DNA of 64,000 nt from Candidatus Dormibacteria bacterium (GTDB lineage Bacteria > Chloroflexota > Dormibacteria > Aeolococcales > Aeolococcaceae), in the NCBI GenBank assembly GCA_044450385.1, contig JBIOIZ010000004.1, positions 18,334-82,333 of the forward strand, given 5' to 3'. The translations under genes and the position numbers were made by a program. How positions within the stretch are numbered: position 1 is the first letter of the stretch; every line of letters starts with the position of its first letter. The notes beneath the pieces are model-generated. The model saw only the letters and a program-made list of their open reading frames with translations, made no database searches and had not been told where the DNA came from. This document shows positions 27,033 through 36,764 of the stretch, in pieces.

Positions 27033-28430
27033 ATGACCAACGTTGACGTGCCGACGCTCGACTCTCGAGACGTCATGACCGGCGGCGATCGGCATGACGC
27101 CCTCGTCGATCAGATCCGTCTCTTCGCCACGACGGGCGCCGACGACCGGATTCCACGGTTGCTCGATCTCATGCTCGACGGCGTCGGGGTGGCGGTCGCG
27201 GGAAGAGCCGCGCACGCCGGGCGCGTTGCCGCGAGCGTCTTCGGCTCCGCTGCAACGCCATGGGATGCCGCCTGGCTGCACGGCATGCAGATGCACGCTC
27301 TCGACTTCGACGATACGCATGAGCCTTCGCTCTGCCACACCGCCACGGCATTGCTCCCAGGCTTGCTGGCACTGGGACGAGCACACCGGCGCAGCGGCCG
27401 TGACCTGCTCGATGCATACGACCTCGGCATTCGATTCGTCGACGTCGCCTCGGCCTGCGGTCCGGCGCTCAACACCGCCGGAGCACATTCCACTGCGATC
27501 CTCGGTGGCCTCGGTTCGGCCGCCGCCTGCGGCTGGCTGCTGACCCATGACGCTGACATGACCGCCGACGCCGTGGAAGCTGCAGCGTTGCTGGCCGCCG
27601 GACTCGGGGCAGCGTTCGGCAGTGACGGCAAGCCACTCCAGGCGGCGCGAGCTTCAGAGATCGGCGTCCGCGCCGCAACGTTCGTGGCGGCCGGGTTGAA
27701 CGCACCGCGTGGTGCGGCGTTCGGCGATCAGGGAGTGCTGGCACTGTGGCTCGGAGTCGATGCACCGACCACGGTGCGCTGGGGCGACGAATGCGCCGGA
27801 GCGGCAGGACTGGTCGCCATCAAGCCATATCCGTCGTGCTTCCTCACCCACTCCACCATCGACGGAACGCTCTCGCTGCGCAGGGCGTTGGATCTCCATG
27901 GGGCTGCCGACGTCAAGCGCATGAGCGTTGAAGTCCACCCCCTGGCGGCGCAGATCGCTGACAAGACGTCGCTCGGCGCCGAGAACGCCAAGTTCAGTCT
28001 TCGCTACTGTGCGCTCGCCGCCATGACGGATGGACGGGTGAATGTCGATACCTTCAGCACCGCAACGCAGCAGCGTCTGGCCGACGACGCCGGGTTGTTC
28101 GAGTCGTGGGTGAACAGGGTGGATGTGCGTACCGACCCGGCGGCACCGGCGCTGGCCGCTCGCATCAGCGTGCTGACGGCAGATGGACGTGAGCGCGCGA
28201 TCACCGTGGCGGCGCCACGCGGAAGCCGTTCCGAGCCGTTGACACGCGACGACGTGATCGCGAAATTTCGCGACAACGCTTCCGGCGAGTACGACGGCAC
28301 CTCCGTGCGGCGTCTTCTCGATGACGTCATGAAGATGCCCACGGCGCCCGACATCGCCGCACTCGAACTGTTGACAGCGGCATGCACAGCAGCGCCGTCA
28401 GCACTGTGGGGTGTGCATGGCAACGCCTGA
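27033..28430 (+). CDS. MmgE/PrpD-family protein (2-methylcitrate dehydratase family), paralog 1
   Basis: 465 aa; ...HALDFDDTH... motif typical of the PrpD family. Confidence 0.88.
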   Translation: MTNVDVPTLDSRDVMTGGDRHDALVDQIRLFATTGADDRIPRLLDLMLDGVGVAVAGRAAHAGRVAASVFGSAATPWDAAWLHGMQMHALDFDDTHEPSLCHTATALLPGLLALGRAHRRSGRDLLDAYDLGIRFVDVASACGPALNTAGAHSTAILGGLGSAAACGWLLTHDADMTADAVEAAALLAAGLGAAFGSDGKPLQAARASEIGVRAATFVAAGLNAPRGAAFGDQGVLALWLGVDAPTTVRWGDECAGAAGLVAIKPYPSCFLTHSTIDGTLSLRRALDLHGAADVKRMSVEVHPLAAQIADKTSLGAENAKFSLRYCALAAMTDGRVNVDTFSTATQQRLADDAGLFESWVNRVDVRTDPAAPALAARISVLTADGRERAITVAAPRGSRSEPLTRDDVIAKFRDNASGEYDGTSVRRLLDDVMKMPTAPDIAALELLTAACTAAPSALWGVHGNA

Positions 28431-29190
28431 AGAGTTGGATGCGGTTCGCGACCGGCTGCTCGGGCTGATCGACGAGAGTCGCATTCGCACGGTGCGTATT
28501 GCACGGCCGGCGCCCGAGGTCATCGCCCGATTCAGTCGGATCACCGACCTGACGTCGACCGTGTCGGACGCGATGGATGCGCTCGGCGTTGGATCGGCGA
28601 TCCCTGGGCATGTCCTCGTCCCGCTCGCACCGGGTCAGCGTATCTGCGGGCCTGCCGTGACGATTCGATACGCCGGCCGCGGTGGTACTCCCGGCGCGCA
28701 CTACGCGCGCGACAGCCGCCCGCTGCTCGCCGACCGTGATCTCTACGGTGTGGGTCAGGCCGGCGACGTGGCGGTGTTCGATGTCGGCGGAGCCGCCGGG
28801 ACATCGGTGATGGGCAACCTCTCTGCGCTCTGGGCCGTTCGCCTCGGCATCGCCGGCTGCATCGTCGACGGTGGGGTGCGCGACATCGCGTCGATACGCA
28901 CCACAGGTCCGCACGTATGGAGCCGTGGCCGCACGCCGATCACCGGCCGCCATCGAGTCGAAGCCGTCGAGATCAACGGCACGGTCGCCATCTGCGGCGC
29001 TCAGGTACGCCCTGGTGACCTCATCGCTGCCGACGACAGTGGCGTGTGTGTCGTCCCGTTCGAAAGCGTGGACGCAGTGATCGCCCACTGCGAGGCTGCG
29101 GAGCGCGCCGAGGATGCCGTCACGAACCTGATCAGGAGCGGTGCAGCGCCGGCGGACGTGACTAGGGCGTTGAGCCCCGAGCGCTGGTAA
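28417..29190 (+). CDS. RraA-like / HMG-CHA aldolase-oxaloacetate decarboxylase family protein
   Basis: ...GDVAVFDVGG...MGNLSALWAVRLGIAGCIVDGGVRD... matches the RraA/dimethylmenaquinone-methyltransferase fold family. Confidence 0.8.
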   Translation: MATPEELDAVRDRLLGLIDESRIRTVRIARPAPEVIARFSRITDLTSTVSDAMDALGVGSAIPGHVLVPLAPGQRICGPAVTIRYAGRGGTPGAHYARDSRPLLADRDLYGVGQAGDVAVFDVGGAAGTSVMGNLSALWAVRLGIAGCIVDGGVRDIASIRTTGPHVWSRGRTPITGRHRVEAVEINGTVAICGAQVRPGDLIAADDSGVCVVPFESVDAVIAHCEAAERAEDAVTNLIRSGAAPADVTRALSPERW

Positions 29191-30613
29191 GCAGGCTGAT
29201 CACCTGTCGGACATCACTCTGATGCTCGATGTCGAGGATCAGGTCGGCGGCACGCGACCCCGCCTCGGCGCCGATCCCACCAGCCTCGATGCATTCCATG
29301 AACTTCTCACGGACCTCGGCCTCAGACATGGGGTTCTGCGGGCTTCCCTTCCCGAAGGCAGCTCTCCCCTCGTATGCCGTGCCGTTGCGCAGGCGAATCC
29401 GCACGATGCTCGTCATGTTGTTGTAACCGGCGCCTTCGGCCTCGGGATCGACCTCGAACCTGACGCGCCGCGTCATCTCCCTGACGTCGTTCCGCATCAC
29501 GACCGCATCTGTGAACTCTGCCAGGCCTGCACGCCGCGCGATGCACAGGATGGCCATGCAGAACTCCATGCTGAACTTCGCCGCCAGGTGATCGTGCGGG
29601 TCATGGTGGATCAGCGCGTTGGGCATGTGGCGGTTGGTCCCGACCGAAACCTCCTCGATGTCGGCAGCCTGAATGTCGTGCTTCTTGAGGAGCTCCATGA
29701 GCGCGAACATCGCCGGATGCGTCAGCGAGCCCGACGGATGCGGCTTGATCGAAACACCCGGGGTATCGAACGTCCAGGGCGCGCCGGGAGTGAATGCTGA
29801 TGGCTCGTACCCTCCTCCCGCGGCGCTGAAGAAGCCCCGTCGTGACTCGAGGATGTTGTTCGCAGCAGTGAACCCACGCTGTGCCATCGACGCGGCGAGC
29901 AGACCGCTCTCCGCCGCCCGGCCGGCGTGGAACGGCTTGGTCATCGTGCCGAAGTTCTCGCGAAGACCCGCCGCCTGTGACGCCGCGATGCTCAGCGCGG
30001 CCCTCGTGGCGTCGGGGCTCAACCCCAGGATGGAGGCGGCCGCGGCGCCTGATCCGATCGTGCCGACGGTCCCGGTCGAATGGAAGCCGTCGTCGTAGTG
30101 ACGCGGGTTGATCGCTTCGGAGACCTTGGTTTCAACCTCGACTCCGACCACGTAGGCGAGCAGTACCTCGGCGCCGGTTCTTCCACCCGCCTCTCCGAGC
30201 GCAAGCGCCGTCGGCAACACGGGAGCGGTTGGGTGCGTCAAGAGGCCATACACGCGATCGGGCAGGGTGGCGAGTTGTGTGTCGTCGTAGTCATCCGCAT
30301 GAATCGCCAGACCGTTGAGGAACGCGGCAAATCGGGGGGGCACGCGCAGCGTCGTTCCCAGGGCTGCCGCGTCAGTAGTTGCGCACCGATATGAGCCCAC
30401 CTCGTCTCGAGCAATCTGCGCAGCCTCCGTCCGCGATCCTGCGACAGCGAGACCGAACCCGTCGAGCATGGAATGCTTCGCCGCTGCAAGCGCCGTGGGT
30501 GGCACGTCGGCAAGGCGCGTCCTGCTGATGAATACAGCGGCGTGCTCGGTGGCATCAGTCACGGGGCCGTCCTCCACTCGTTGTAGTCTCGCGTTCGTTG
30601 CCTCCTGGCTCAT
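29162..30613 (-). CDS. MmgE/PrpD-family protein, paralog 2
   Basis: ...GLAIHADDYDDT... . ATG 30613 (MSQEATN...) is preferred over ORF start 30679. The 3' end overlaps the RraA-like gene by 29 nt (convergent). Confidence 0.88.
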   Translation of the reverse strand: MSQEATNARLQRVEDGPVTDATEHAAVFISRTRLADVPPTALAAAKHSMLDGFGLAVAGSRTEAAQIARDEVGSYRCATTDAAALGTTLRVPPRFAAFLNGLAIHADDYDDTQLATLPDRVYGLLTHPTAPVLPTALALGEAGGRTGAEVLLAYVVGVEVETKVSEAINPRHYDDGFHSTGTVGTIGSGAAAASILGLSPDATRAALSIAASQAAGLRENFGTMTKPFHAGRAAESGLLAASMAQRGFTAANNILESRRGFFSAAGGGYEPSAFTPGAPWTFDTPGVSIKPHPSGSLTHPAMFALMELLKKHDIQAADIEEVSVGTNRHMPNALIHHDPHDHLAAKFSMEFCMAILCIARRAGLAEFTDAVVMRNDVREMTRRVRFEVDPEAEGAGYNNMTSIVRIRLRNGTAYEGRAAFGKGSPQNPMSEAEVREKFMECIEAGGIGAEAGSRAADLILDIEHQSDVRQVISLLTSARGSTP

Positions 30614-30682
30614 ACAGCCTCCGTCCCGACAGCTGTGACATGGTACGACCGGCATACTTCCGGGGCGCAATCGCCGCAACGT

Positions 30683-30699
30683 TTAATATAGGATATATT
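30683..30699 (-). promoter_or_regulatory. AT-rich heptad element, site d: AATATATCCTATATTAA (minus strand), between divergent PrpD paralogs
   Basis: Direct reading; abuts the start codon region of the plus-strand PrpD gene. Confidence 0.45.
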
Positions 30700-32182
30700 G
30701 CCGGTGAGCCAAGACGCATCTCCCTCGAACGGGGTTCCGCGACCAACGAGCACCATCTCCGAAGAGCTCGCACGCTGGTCGGTCGGTGTCGGTGCCACTG
30801 ACCTTCCCGCGGACGTCGCCGACGATGTGCGCTGGCGACTCGTCGACCAGGTCGGCGTGTGCATAGCTGGATCACGCTCGGCGTCCGCCGGCATCATCCA
30901 CAGAGTCGCAATGAAGTCAGGTGGCACGCCGGAATCCACGAGCATGGTGTTCGGGAGCCGATTCCCCGCTCCGCTCGCGGGTTGGGTGAATGGTGCTGTG
31001 GGCCACGGTGCCGACTACGACGACATGCATGGCGTCGCCGCCGTCCACATCAGCTCCGTCGCCGTCCCGGCAGCTCTCGCGGCAGCCGAGGCTGTCGGCG
31101 CCACCGGAGCCCAATGCCTGGTGGCGATGGCGACGGGGGCTGAGCTCGCGTTGCGCATCAACACCGGAGCGCCGCCTCACCAGTTTCACCATCGCGGACT
31201 CCATGGCACCGGCGTCGCCGGCCCGTTCGCCGCGGCCGCGATCGCCGCGAAGCTCATGGGCCTCAACGAGGAGGCCACGACCAATGCGCTCGGGATGGCC
31301 GGCAGCAGGTCGTCCGGCCTCATGCAGACGCTGATTGACGGAAGCTGGGTCAAGCAGCTCCATCCCGGATGGGGAGTGCAGGGCGGCATCACGTGTGCGC
31401 AGCTCGCGGCCGAGGGTTTCACCGGCCCGCATGAGGTGATCGAGGGGAAGTTCGGCTTCTTCAATGCGCTCCTGCACGGTGACGAGCAGACCTTTCAGTT
31501 CGATCAGATCACGGACGGTCTCGGTGTGCGGTGGATCCTGCCGGACACGACTTACAAGCCCTGGCCCAACGGCGTGTGGAACCACGCCTCGATGGACGGC
31601 ACCATGGCCATCCTTGGGCGCGAGGGCTTGTCCACCAGCGATGTCGACCGGATCGACTGCTACGTGCCGCCGATCTGCATCCCGCTCGTCTGCGAACCCC
31701 GTGAAGCAAAGCTGAACCCTCGCTCGCTGTATCACATGAAGTTCAGCCTTCAGTACTCCGTGGCCATGCTTGCCGTGCTCGGCTCGGTGGAGGTCGACGA
31801 TTACAACGAGATCACGCTCGCCAACCAGGAGATCCGCGATTTCGCTGCGCGCGTGTATTGCCACGCGGATCCATCGATGGCTCCGGACACCTTCCCCGCT
31901 CGCGTTCGCGTGACGACGGTAGACGGCAGAGTCTTTGAAGAAGACGTGCCGGCCCAGCGCGGCACCAGGCTGAATCCCATGCTGCCGACGGACCATCGGC
32001 GCAAGTTTCGCGGCAATGTCCGTCCGAGCCTTGGCGACGAGCAGACGGACGAATTGCTGACGGCGCTCGAGGGTGCCTGGGACGCGGCCGATGTCCGCGC
32101 TCTCATGGCGCTGACGGTGCCACGCGCCGGTGCCGTGGGCGACGGCATTGCCGCATCGAAGGCCTCGGCCGATGGCCGGTGA
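30698..32182 (+). CDS. MmgE/PrpD-family protein, paralog 3
   Basis: ...VGHGADYDDMH...; 494 aa. Start is TTG 30698 or GTG 30704. Confidence 0.88.
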   Translation: MPVSQDASPSNGVPRPTSTISEELARWSVGVGATDLPADVADDVRWRLVDQVGVCIAGSRSASAGIIHRVAMKSGGTPESTSMVFGSRFPAPLAGWVNGAVGHGADYDDMHGVAAVHISSVAVPAALAAAEAVGATGAQCLVAMATGAELALRINTGAPPHQFHHRGLHGTGVAGPFAAAAIAAKLMGLNEEATTNALGMAGSRSSGLMQTLIDGSWVKQLHPGWGVQGGITCAQLAAEGFTGPHEVIEGKFGFFNALLHGDEQTFQFDQITDGLGVRWILPDTTYKPWPNGVWNHASMDGTMAILGREGLSTSDVDRIDCYVPPICIPLVCEPREAKLNPRSLYHMKFSLQYSVAMLAVLGSVEVDDYNEITLANQEIRDFAARVYCHADPSMAPDTFPARVRVTTVDGRVFEEDVPAQRGTRLNPMLPTDHRRKFRGNVRPSLGDEQTDELLTALEGAWDAADVRALMALTVPRAGAVGDGIAASKASADGR

Positions 32183-33116
32183 GCCGGAGGCGCAGTCACA
32201 TCCGGTCCCGTCAAACCGAGCACGAGAACTACTCCAGGGCGCGTACGACCTCCACGTTCACGTGCTTCCCGATGTGCTGCCGCGTCGCATCGATGACATC
32301 AGCCTGGCGGCCCGGTTCAGTGACCTCGGGCTGGGCGGTTTCGTGCTCAAATCCCACTACACGATGACCGCGGAGCGTGCCGCGCTCGTGCAGGCCGGGT
32401 CCACTGTCGAGGTGATCGGAGCGGTCACATTGAACTGGCCGGTGGGCGGTGTGAACCCGGTTGCGGTAGAGATCTGTGCACGTGCCGGCGGGAGGTTCGT
32501 GTGGCTCCCGACATTCGATTCCATCAACGAGGCGCACGCCGCCGAAGCGGCCGGCCAGGGAAGCCCTCCGGGCTGGCTCAAGCTCAAGAATGCCCTGCAA
32601 GCGAAGGGAATCAGCCCGCCGCCGATCAGGATGGTCGATTCCGATGGAAAGGTTCTCCCCGAGGTCCACACCGTCCTCGAGCTCGTCGCAGAGTACGACC
32701 TCGTGCTCTGCACGGGGCATCTCGGCGGTGAGGAAATTCTTGCCGTGGTCACCGCGGCACAGGAGGCCCGCGTGGAGCGAATCGTCATCACCCACCCTGA
32801 TTTCCCTTCGCAACACCTTGCACCCGAGCAGCAGCGCGAGCTCGGCGACCGCGGGTGTCTTCTCGAGCGATGCTTCGGAACGCCGCATGGCGGGCGCATC
32901 AGCTGGGAGGCGCTGTTCGCGAATGTGCGCGCCGCTGGGACTGAACACTCACTGTTCTCCAGCGATCTCGGCCAGCCTCACAATCCGCCGGTTGAAGATG
33001 GGATGGCGCTCATGGCCGATCGGTTTCTCGATGCGGGCTTCACCGAGAGCGAGGTGCGCACTATGGCGGTGACCAACTCTCGTCGCGTCGTGCCGGCGCT
33101 GGCGCAACGCGGATGA
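32172..33116 (+). CDS. Amidohydrolase-superfamily-like TIM-barrel protein (HxH motif; DUF6282-like by recollection)
   Basis: AYDLHVHVLPD...GFVLKSHY...CTGHLG...ITHPDF resembles a metal-dependent hydrolase pattern. ATG 32172 overlaps the upstream gene end. Confidence 0.6.
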   Translation: MAGEPEAQSHPVPSNRARELLQGAYDLHVHVLPDVLPRRIDDISLAARFSDLGLGGFVLKSHYTMTAERAALVQAGSTVEVIGAVTLNWPVGGVNPVAVEICARAGGRFVWLPTFDSINEAHAAEAAGQGSPPGWLKLKNALQAKGISPPPIRMVDSDGKVLPEVHTVLELVAEYDLVLCTGHLGGEEILAVVTAAQEARVERIVITHPDFPSQHLAPEQQRELGDRGCLLERCFGTPHGGRISWEALFANVRAAGTEHSLFSSDLGQPHNPPVEDGMALMADRFLDAGFTESEVRTMAVTNSRRVVPALAQRG

Positions 33117-34207
33117 CCGGCGAGAGTTCCTCCCCGGTGAGGATCGCCGTGATGGAGGGCGATGACATCGGCCCTGAGATCGTCCGGTCGACGACCCGCA
33201 TTCTCGACCGAGCCGCGAAGCAGCGCGCCGTCGACATCGAGTGGGTGCCGCTGCCCGCCGGGATCGCCGCGGTGGACAGCGAGGGGAGCACGCTGCCGAT
33301 CCGGACGCGGGAGGCGCTTCCGGATATCCCGGGGTGGATTCTTGGGCCCGTCTCTCATCGTGACTACCCCATGGGCGACGCTCGCTATGTGAACCCGAGC
33401 GGCTACCTGCGCAAGAACTTCGAGCTGTACTCGAACGTACGCCCGGCGCGCGGCTGGCCCGGCGTCGAATGCGTGCACCCCGATATGAATGTGGTGATCG
33501 TCCGGGAGAACACTGAGGGCTTCTACGCCGATCGCAATATGCTCGACGGCAACGGCGAGCTCCGCCCCGACCTGGACACGGTGATCTCGGTGCGCCTGGT
33601 CACGAGGCGCGCGAGCATGAGGGTCGCGCGTCAGGCGTTCGCACTTGCTCGCGAGCGTGACGGGCTGCGCAAGGTCACGTGCGTGCACAAAGCCAACGTG
33701 CTCCGACGCGGAGACGGTCTCTTCCTCGAGTGCTGCCGCGATGTCGCGGCAGAGAACCCGGACATCGCGTTCGATGATTTTCTCGTCGATGCCTTCGCGA
33801 TGCGTCTCATCCTGCGCCCCGAGGTGACCGACGTGGTGGTGACCACGAACATGTTCGGCGACATCCTGTCCGACGAGGCGGCCGGACTGGTCGGTGGCCT
33901 GGGTCTCGCACCAGGGTTGAACATTGGTGACGACCACGCCATGGCGCAGGCGGTGCACGGATCCGCCCCCGACATCGCCGGTAAGGGCATCGCCAATCCC
34001 ATCGCCGAGATCCTTTCCGGATCGCTGCTGCTGCGCTGGCTCAGCAGAGTGCACGGACAGCCCGACCTTGTCGCCGCCGCGGACGATGTCGACTCGGCGA
34101 TTGCGACAACGCTCGCATCCGGCGAGACGCGGACGCCCGACCTCGGCGGGACCGCCACCACCGAGGGCATTACGAGAGCCATCCTCGCTGCGCTCGATGG
34201 CGGCTGA
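33113..34207 (+). CDS. Isocitrate/isopropylmalate dehydrogenase-family beta-decarboxylating dehydrogenase, paralog 1
   Basis: RIAVMEGDDIGPEI..., ...TNMFGDILSDEAAGLVGGLGLAPG...; ATGA overlap upstream. Confidence 0.9.
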   Translation: MTGESSSPVRIAVMEGDDIGPEIVRSTTRILDRAAKQRAVDIEWVPLPAGIAAVDSEGSTLPIRTREALPDIPGWILGPVSHRDYPMGDARYVNPSGYLRKNFELYSNVRPARGWPGVECVHPDMNVVIVRENTEGFYADRNMLDGNGELRPDLDTVISVRLVTRRASMRVARQAFALARERDGLRKVTCVHKANVLRRGDGLFLECCRDVAAENPDIAFDDFLVDAFAMRLILRPEVTDVVVTTNMFGDILSDEAAGLVGGLGLAPGLNIGDDHAMAQAVHGSAPDIAGKGIANPIAEILSGSLLLRWLSRVHGQPDLVAAADDVDSAIATTLASGETRTPDLGGTATTEGITRAILAALDGG

Positions 34208-34252
34208 GGATCGTCCGTCGTACCCGTGCGCACCACGATAGGAGGAGAGTCC

Positions 34253-35605
34253 GTGGCCGGACAGTCGCCGCATCTGACGCCTGACGAGGTTCGACGCATC
34301 CAGGAGGCATTCGCGCGCAGGCGGCATCCGGGGAGCTTCGAACCCGGCCGTTGGGCGGTGAGTCCGTACAACCGGGATGCGTCGGTCCTGGGGGCTCGAT
34401 TCCCGGATCACTATCCCCACTCGACGACATTGCGCGACATCACGTTGCGGGTCATCGAGCAGGCGCCAGGCGTCACGGTGGACCGCGCGCAACGCCGGCG
34501 CATCGGCGAGGCGCTCCTCGAAGCGGGCGTTCCCGAGATCGAGGTGTCCGCGCATGGCTGGGGCATGTCCCCCGCGGCGTTGCGTGATGAGGTGACCCAT
34601 CTCAAATCAATACGGCCAGATCTCGGCATCAAGATGGGCGCTACCCAGACCGAAGCGATGGTCGACATCGCCGCCGAGGTGGGCGTGACGCTCGCCGAGT
34701 TCTGGATGCCGGCGCTGCCGGAGGCGACGCCGATCTACTGGTCCGAGGCATATCGCACCTCCTGGGCGGGAGGTGACTGGCGCACGCTGGGCGTGCCCAC
34801 GACGCTCGACCAGGAGATCGAACGCGGGATCCAGCTGATCGCCCGCATCCGGTCACACGGCCTGCGCGCAAGCACCGGCATCAATCTCCTCACCCTTGTG
34901 GACGACAACCACCTCGAGCGCTACTGCACCGCCATGCATGCTGCGGGCGTCGACGAGATCTGGCTCTCGGACGGTGCCGCAGGGATAGCTCCCGAGGGCT
35001 GGAATCACATCGTGTCGATGGTTCGCCGGTACGCACCCGGATGTCGAATCGGCACGTATATCCGAAATGCGTTCGGGCTGGGAGTGGCGTGCGCGCTCGC
35101 CGCTGTGCACGCCGGCGCCGAGGTCACCGAGGTGTCCGTCAATGGAATCTCGGCGACGGCCGGTCAGGTGGATCTCGCACAGATGGCGACGGCCCTCGAG
35201 GTGCTGTATGGGGTGCACACCGGCATTCACCTCGAACAGATGAATTCGCTCGCGCGGCTTGTCGAGGACATCAGCGGTGTGCAGCTCGCTGCCGCACATG
35301 CCGTCACAGGTCGCGGCGCGCACAACTGGGGCGGCACGGAGATCGTCGTCCAGGAACTCAAGGTTGAGCCCCTCCTCCATTGGGCCTACGAGCCTTCACT
35401 CGTCGGCGCCGAGAAGGAGTGGATCGTCAACGGGACCAGCGGTATGTGGACGGTCCAGGACAAGCTGGACCAGCTGGGAGTCAAGGTCGATCGGGAGAAG
35501 ATTCCCCTCATCTGGCAGGAGATCGTCGATGACGCCACCGTGCGTCGCCGCTCCCTGACCGACGACGAGATCCGCGCGATCTGCACCCGGGTCGCCGGCG
35601 GCTAG
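34253..35605 (+). CDS. HMGL-like / DRE-TIM metallolyase (isopropylmalate-homocitrate-citramalate synthase-like) protein with a duplicated active-site motif
   Basis: TTLRDITLRVIEQAPGV...GVPEIEVS resembles DTTLRDGEQSPG...G...IE.G. GTG 34253 sits 7 nt after AGGAGGAG and is preferred over 34226. Confidence 0.7.
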   Translation: MAGQSPHLTPDEVRRIQEAFARRRHPGSFEPGRWAVSPYNRDASVLGARFPDHYPHSTTLRDITLRVIEQAPGVTVDRAQRRRIGEALLEAGVPEIEVSAHGWGMSPAALRDEVTHLKSIRPDLGIKMGATQTEAMVDIAAEVGVTLAEFWMPALPEATPIYWSEAYRTSWAGGDWRTLGVPTTLDQEIERGIQLIARIRSHGLRASTGINLLTLVDDNHLERYCTAMHAAGVDEIWLSDGAAGIAPEGWNHIVSMVRRYAPGCRIGTYIRNAFGLGVACALAAVHAGAEVTEVSVNGISATAGQVDLAQMATALEVLYGVHTGIHLEQMNSLARLVEDISGVQLAAAHAVTGRGAHNWGGTEIVVQELKVEPLLHWAYEPSLVGAEKEWIVNGTSGMWTVQDKLDQLGVKVDREKIPLIWQEIVDDATVRRRSLTDDEIRAICTRVAGG

Positions 35606-35611
35606 CGCGCT

Positions 35612-35626
35612 CGCCTGTCGCAGGCG
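35612..35626. terminator. Short GC hairpin CGCCTG-tcg-CAGGCG between convergent genes
   Basis: Perfect 6-bp stem read directly. There is no U-tract, so it is only a weak bidirectional terminator candidate. Confidence 0.35.
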
Positions 35627-35635
35627 GACGATGGC

Positions 35636-36676
35636 TCAGGTGGGGAGGGCGGCGATCACGGCCTCGGTGACCTCGGAGGTGCCGGCCCTGCCGCCGAGAT
35701 CCGGCGTGAGCGTCTCACCGCGTTCGATGACGAGCGCGACGGCAGCCTCGACGCGCTGCGCGGCATTCACCTCGCCGAGGTGACGGAGCATCATGGCCCC
35801 GCTGAGGATGGCGCCCATCGGATTGGCTACTCCCTGTCCGGCGATGTCCGGCGCCGACCCGTGGACGGGCTCGAACAGCGAGGGATGGCGGCCACTCGGG
35901 TCGATGTTCCCGCTTGCGGCGAGCCCGAGCCCCCCCTGCAGCGCCGCACCGAGATCGGTGAGGATGTCGGCGAACAGGTTCGAGCCCACCACGACGTCGA
36001 CGGCGTCGGGTCGGAGCACCATGCGCGCCGCCATCGCGTCCACGAGGACGCGGTCCAGGACGACGTCCGCATATTCCTGGTGCACCTCCTCGACGACCTG
36101 GTCCCAGAGAACGTAGGTGTACCGGCTCGCGTTGGACTTGGTCACGCTGGTGAGCGAGCCGGAACGCTCGCGCGCACGGTCGAACGCGTACCGCACGGTC
36201 CGATCGATGGCGGCTCGCGTGAACACAGGCACCTCGACGGCGACTTCCAGCGATGTGCCGGTGTGGACGCGTCCGCCGGCGCCCGAGTACTCGCCCTCCG
36301 TGTTCTCACGGATGAAGAGCATGTCGATGTCCTCGGGGCCGCGATCCGCCAGCGGCCCTCGCACTCCGCGAAGCAGGTTGACAGGTCGGACATTGACATA
36401 CAGCTCGAATGCTTTGCGAATCGGCAGCAGCAGTCCCCACAGCGTCACGTGATCAGGGATTTCGGGGACCCCGACGGCACCCAGGTAGATGGCGGCGAAG
36501 TCATCGAGCACTTCGAGGCCGTCGTCAGGCATCATCGCGCCGGTCCGCAGGTAGAGATCAGATCCCCAGTCGAGCTCGTGAAAATCGAGGTCACACACGC
36601 TCGAGAGCACGCGCATCCCGGCAGGCACGACCTCTCTGCCGATCCCGTCTCCGGCGATGACTGCGATCCGCTGCAT
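35636..36676 (-). CDS. Isocitrate/isopropylmalate dehydrogenase-family enzyme, paralog 2 (tartrate/D-malate dehydrogenase-like)
   Basis: MQRIAVIAGDGIGREV..., ...SNLFADILTDLGAALQGGLGLAAS... Confidence 0.9.
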   Translation of the reverse strand: MQRIAVIAGDGIGREVVPAGMRVLSSVCDLDFHELDWGSDLYLRTGAMMPDDGLEVLDDFAAIYLGAVGVPEIPDHVTLWGLLLPIRKAFELYVNVRPVNLLRGVRGPLADRGPEDIDMLFIRENTEGEYSGAGGRVHTGTSLEVAVEVPVFTRAAIDRTVRYAFDRARERSGSLTSVTKSNASRYTYVLWDQVVEEVHQEYADVVLDRVLVDAMAARMVLRPDAVDVVVGSNLFADILTDLGAALQGGLGLAASGNIDPSGRHPSLFEPVHGSAPDIAGQGVANPMGAILSGAMMLRHLGEVNAAQRVEAAVALVIERGETLTPDLGGRAGTSEVTEAVIAALPT

Positions 36677-36764
36677 GCCTCAGATCACCCCTCTGCTGAT
36701 GCCCCGATGGATATCGGCGGCCGCAATGAGTCCGAGGCGTCGGGGACGAAGCTCAGGACTCGAA

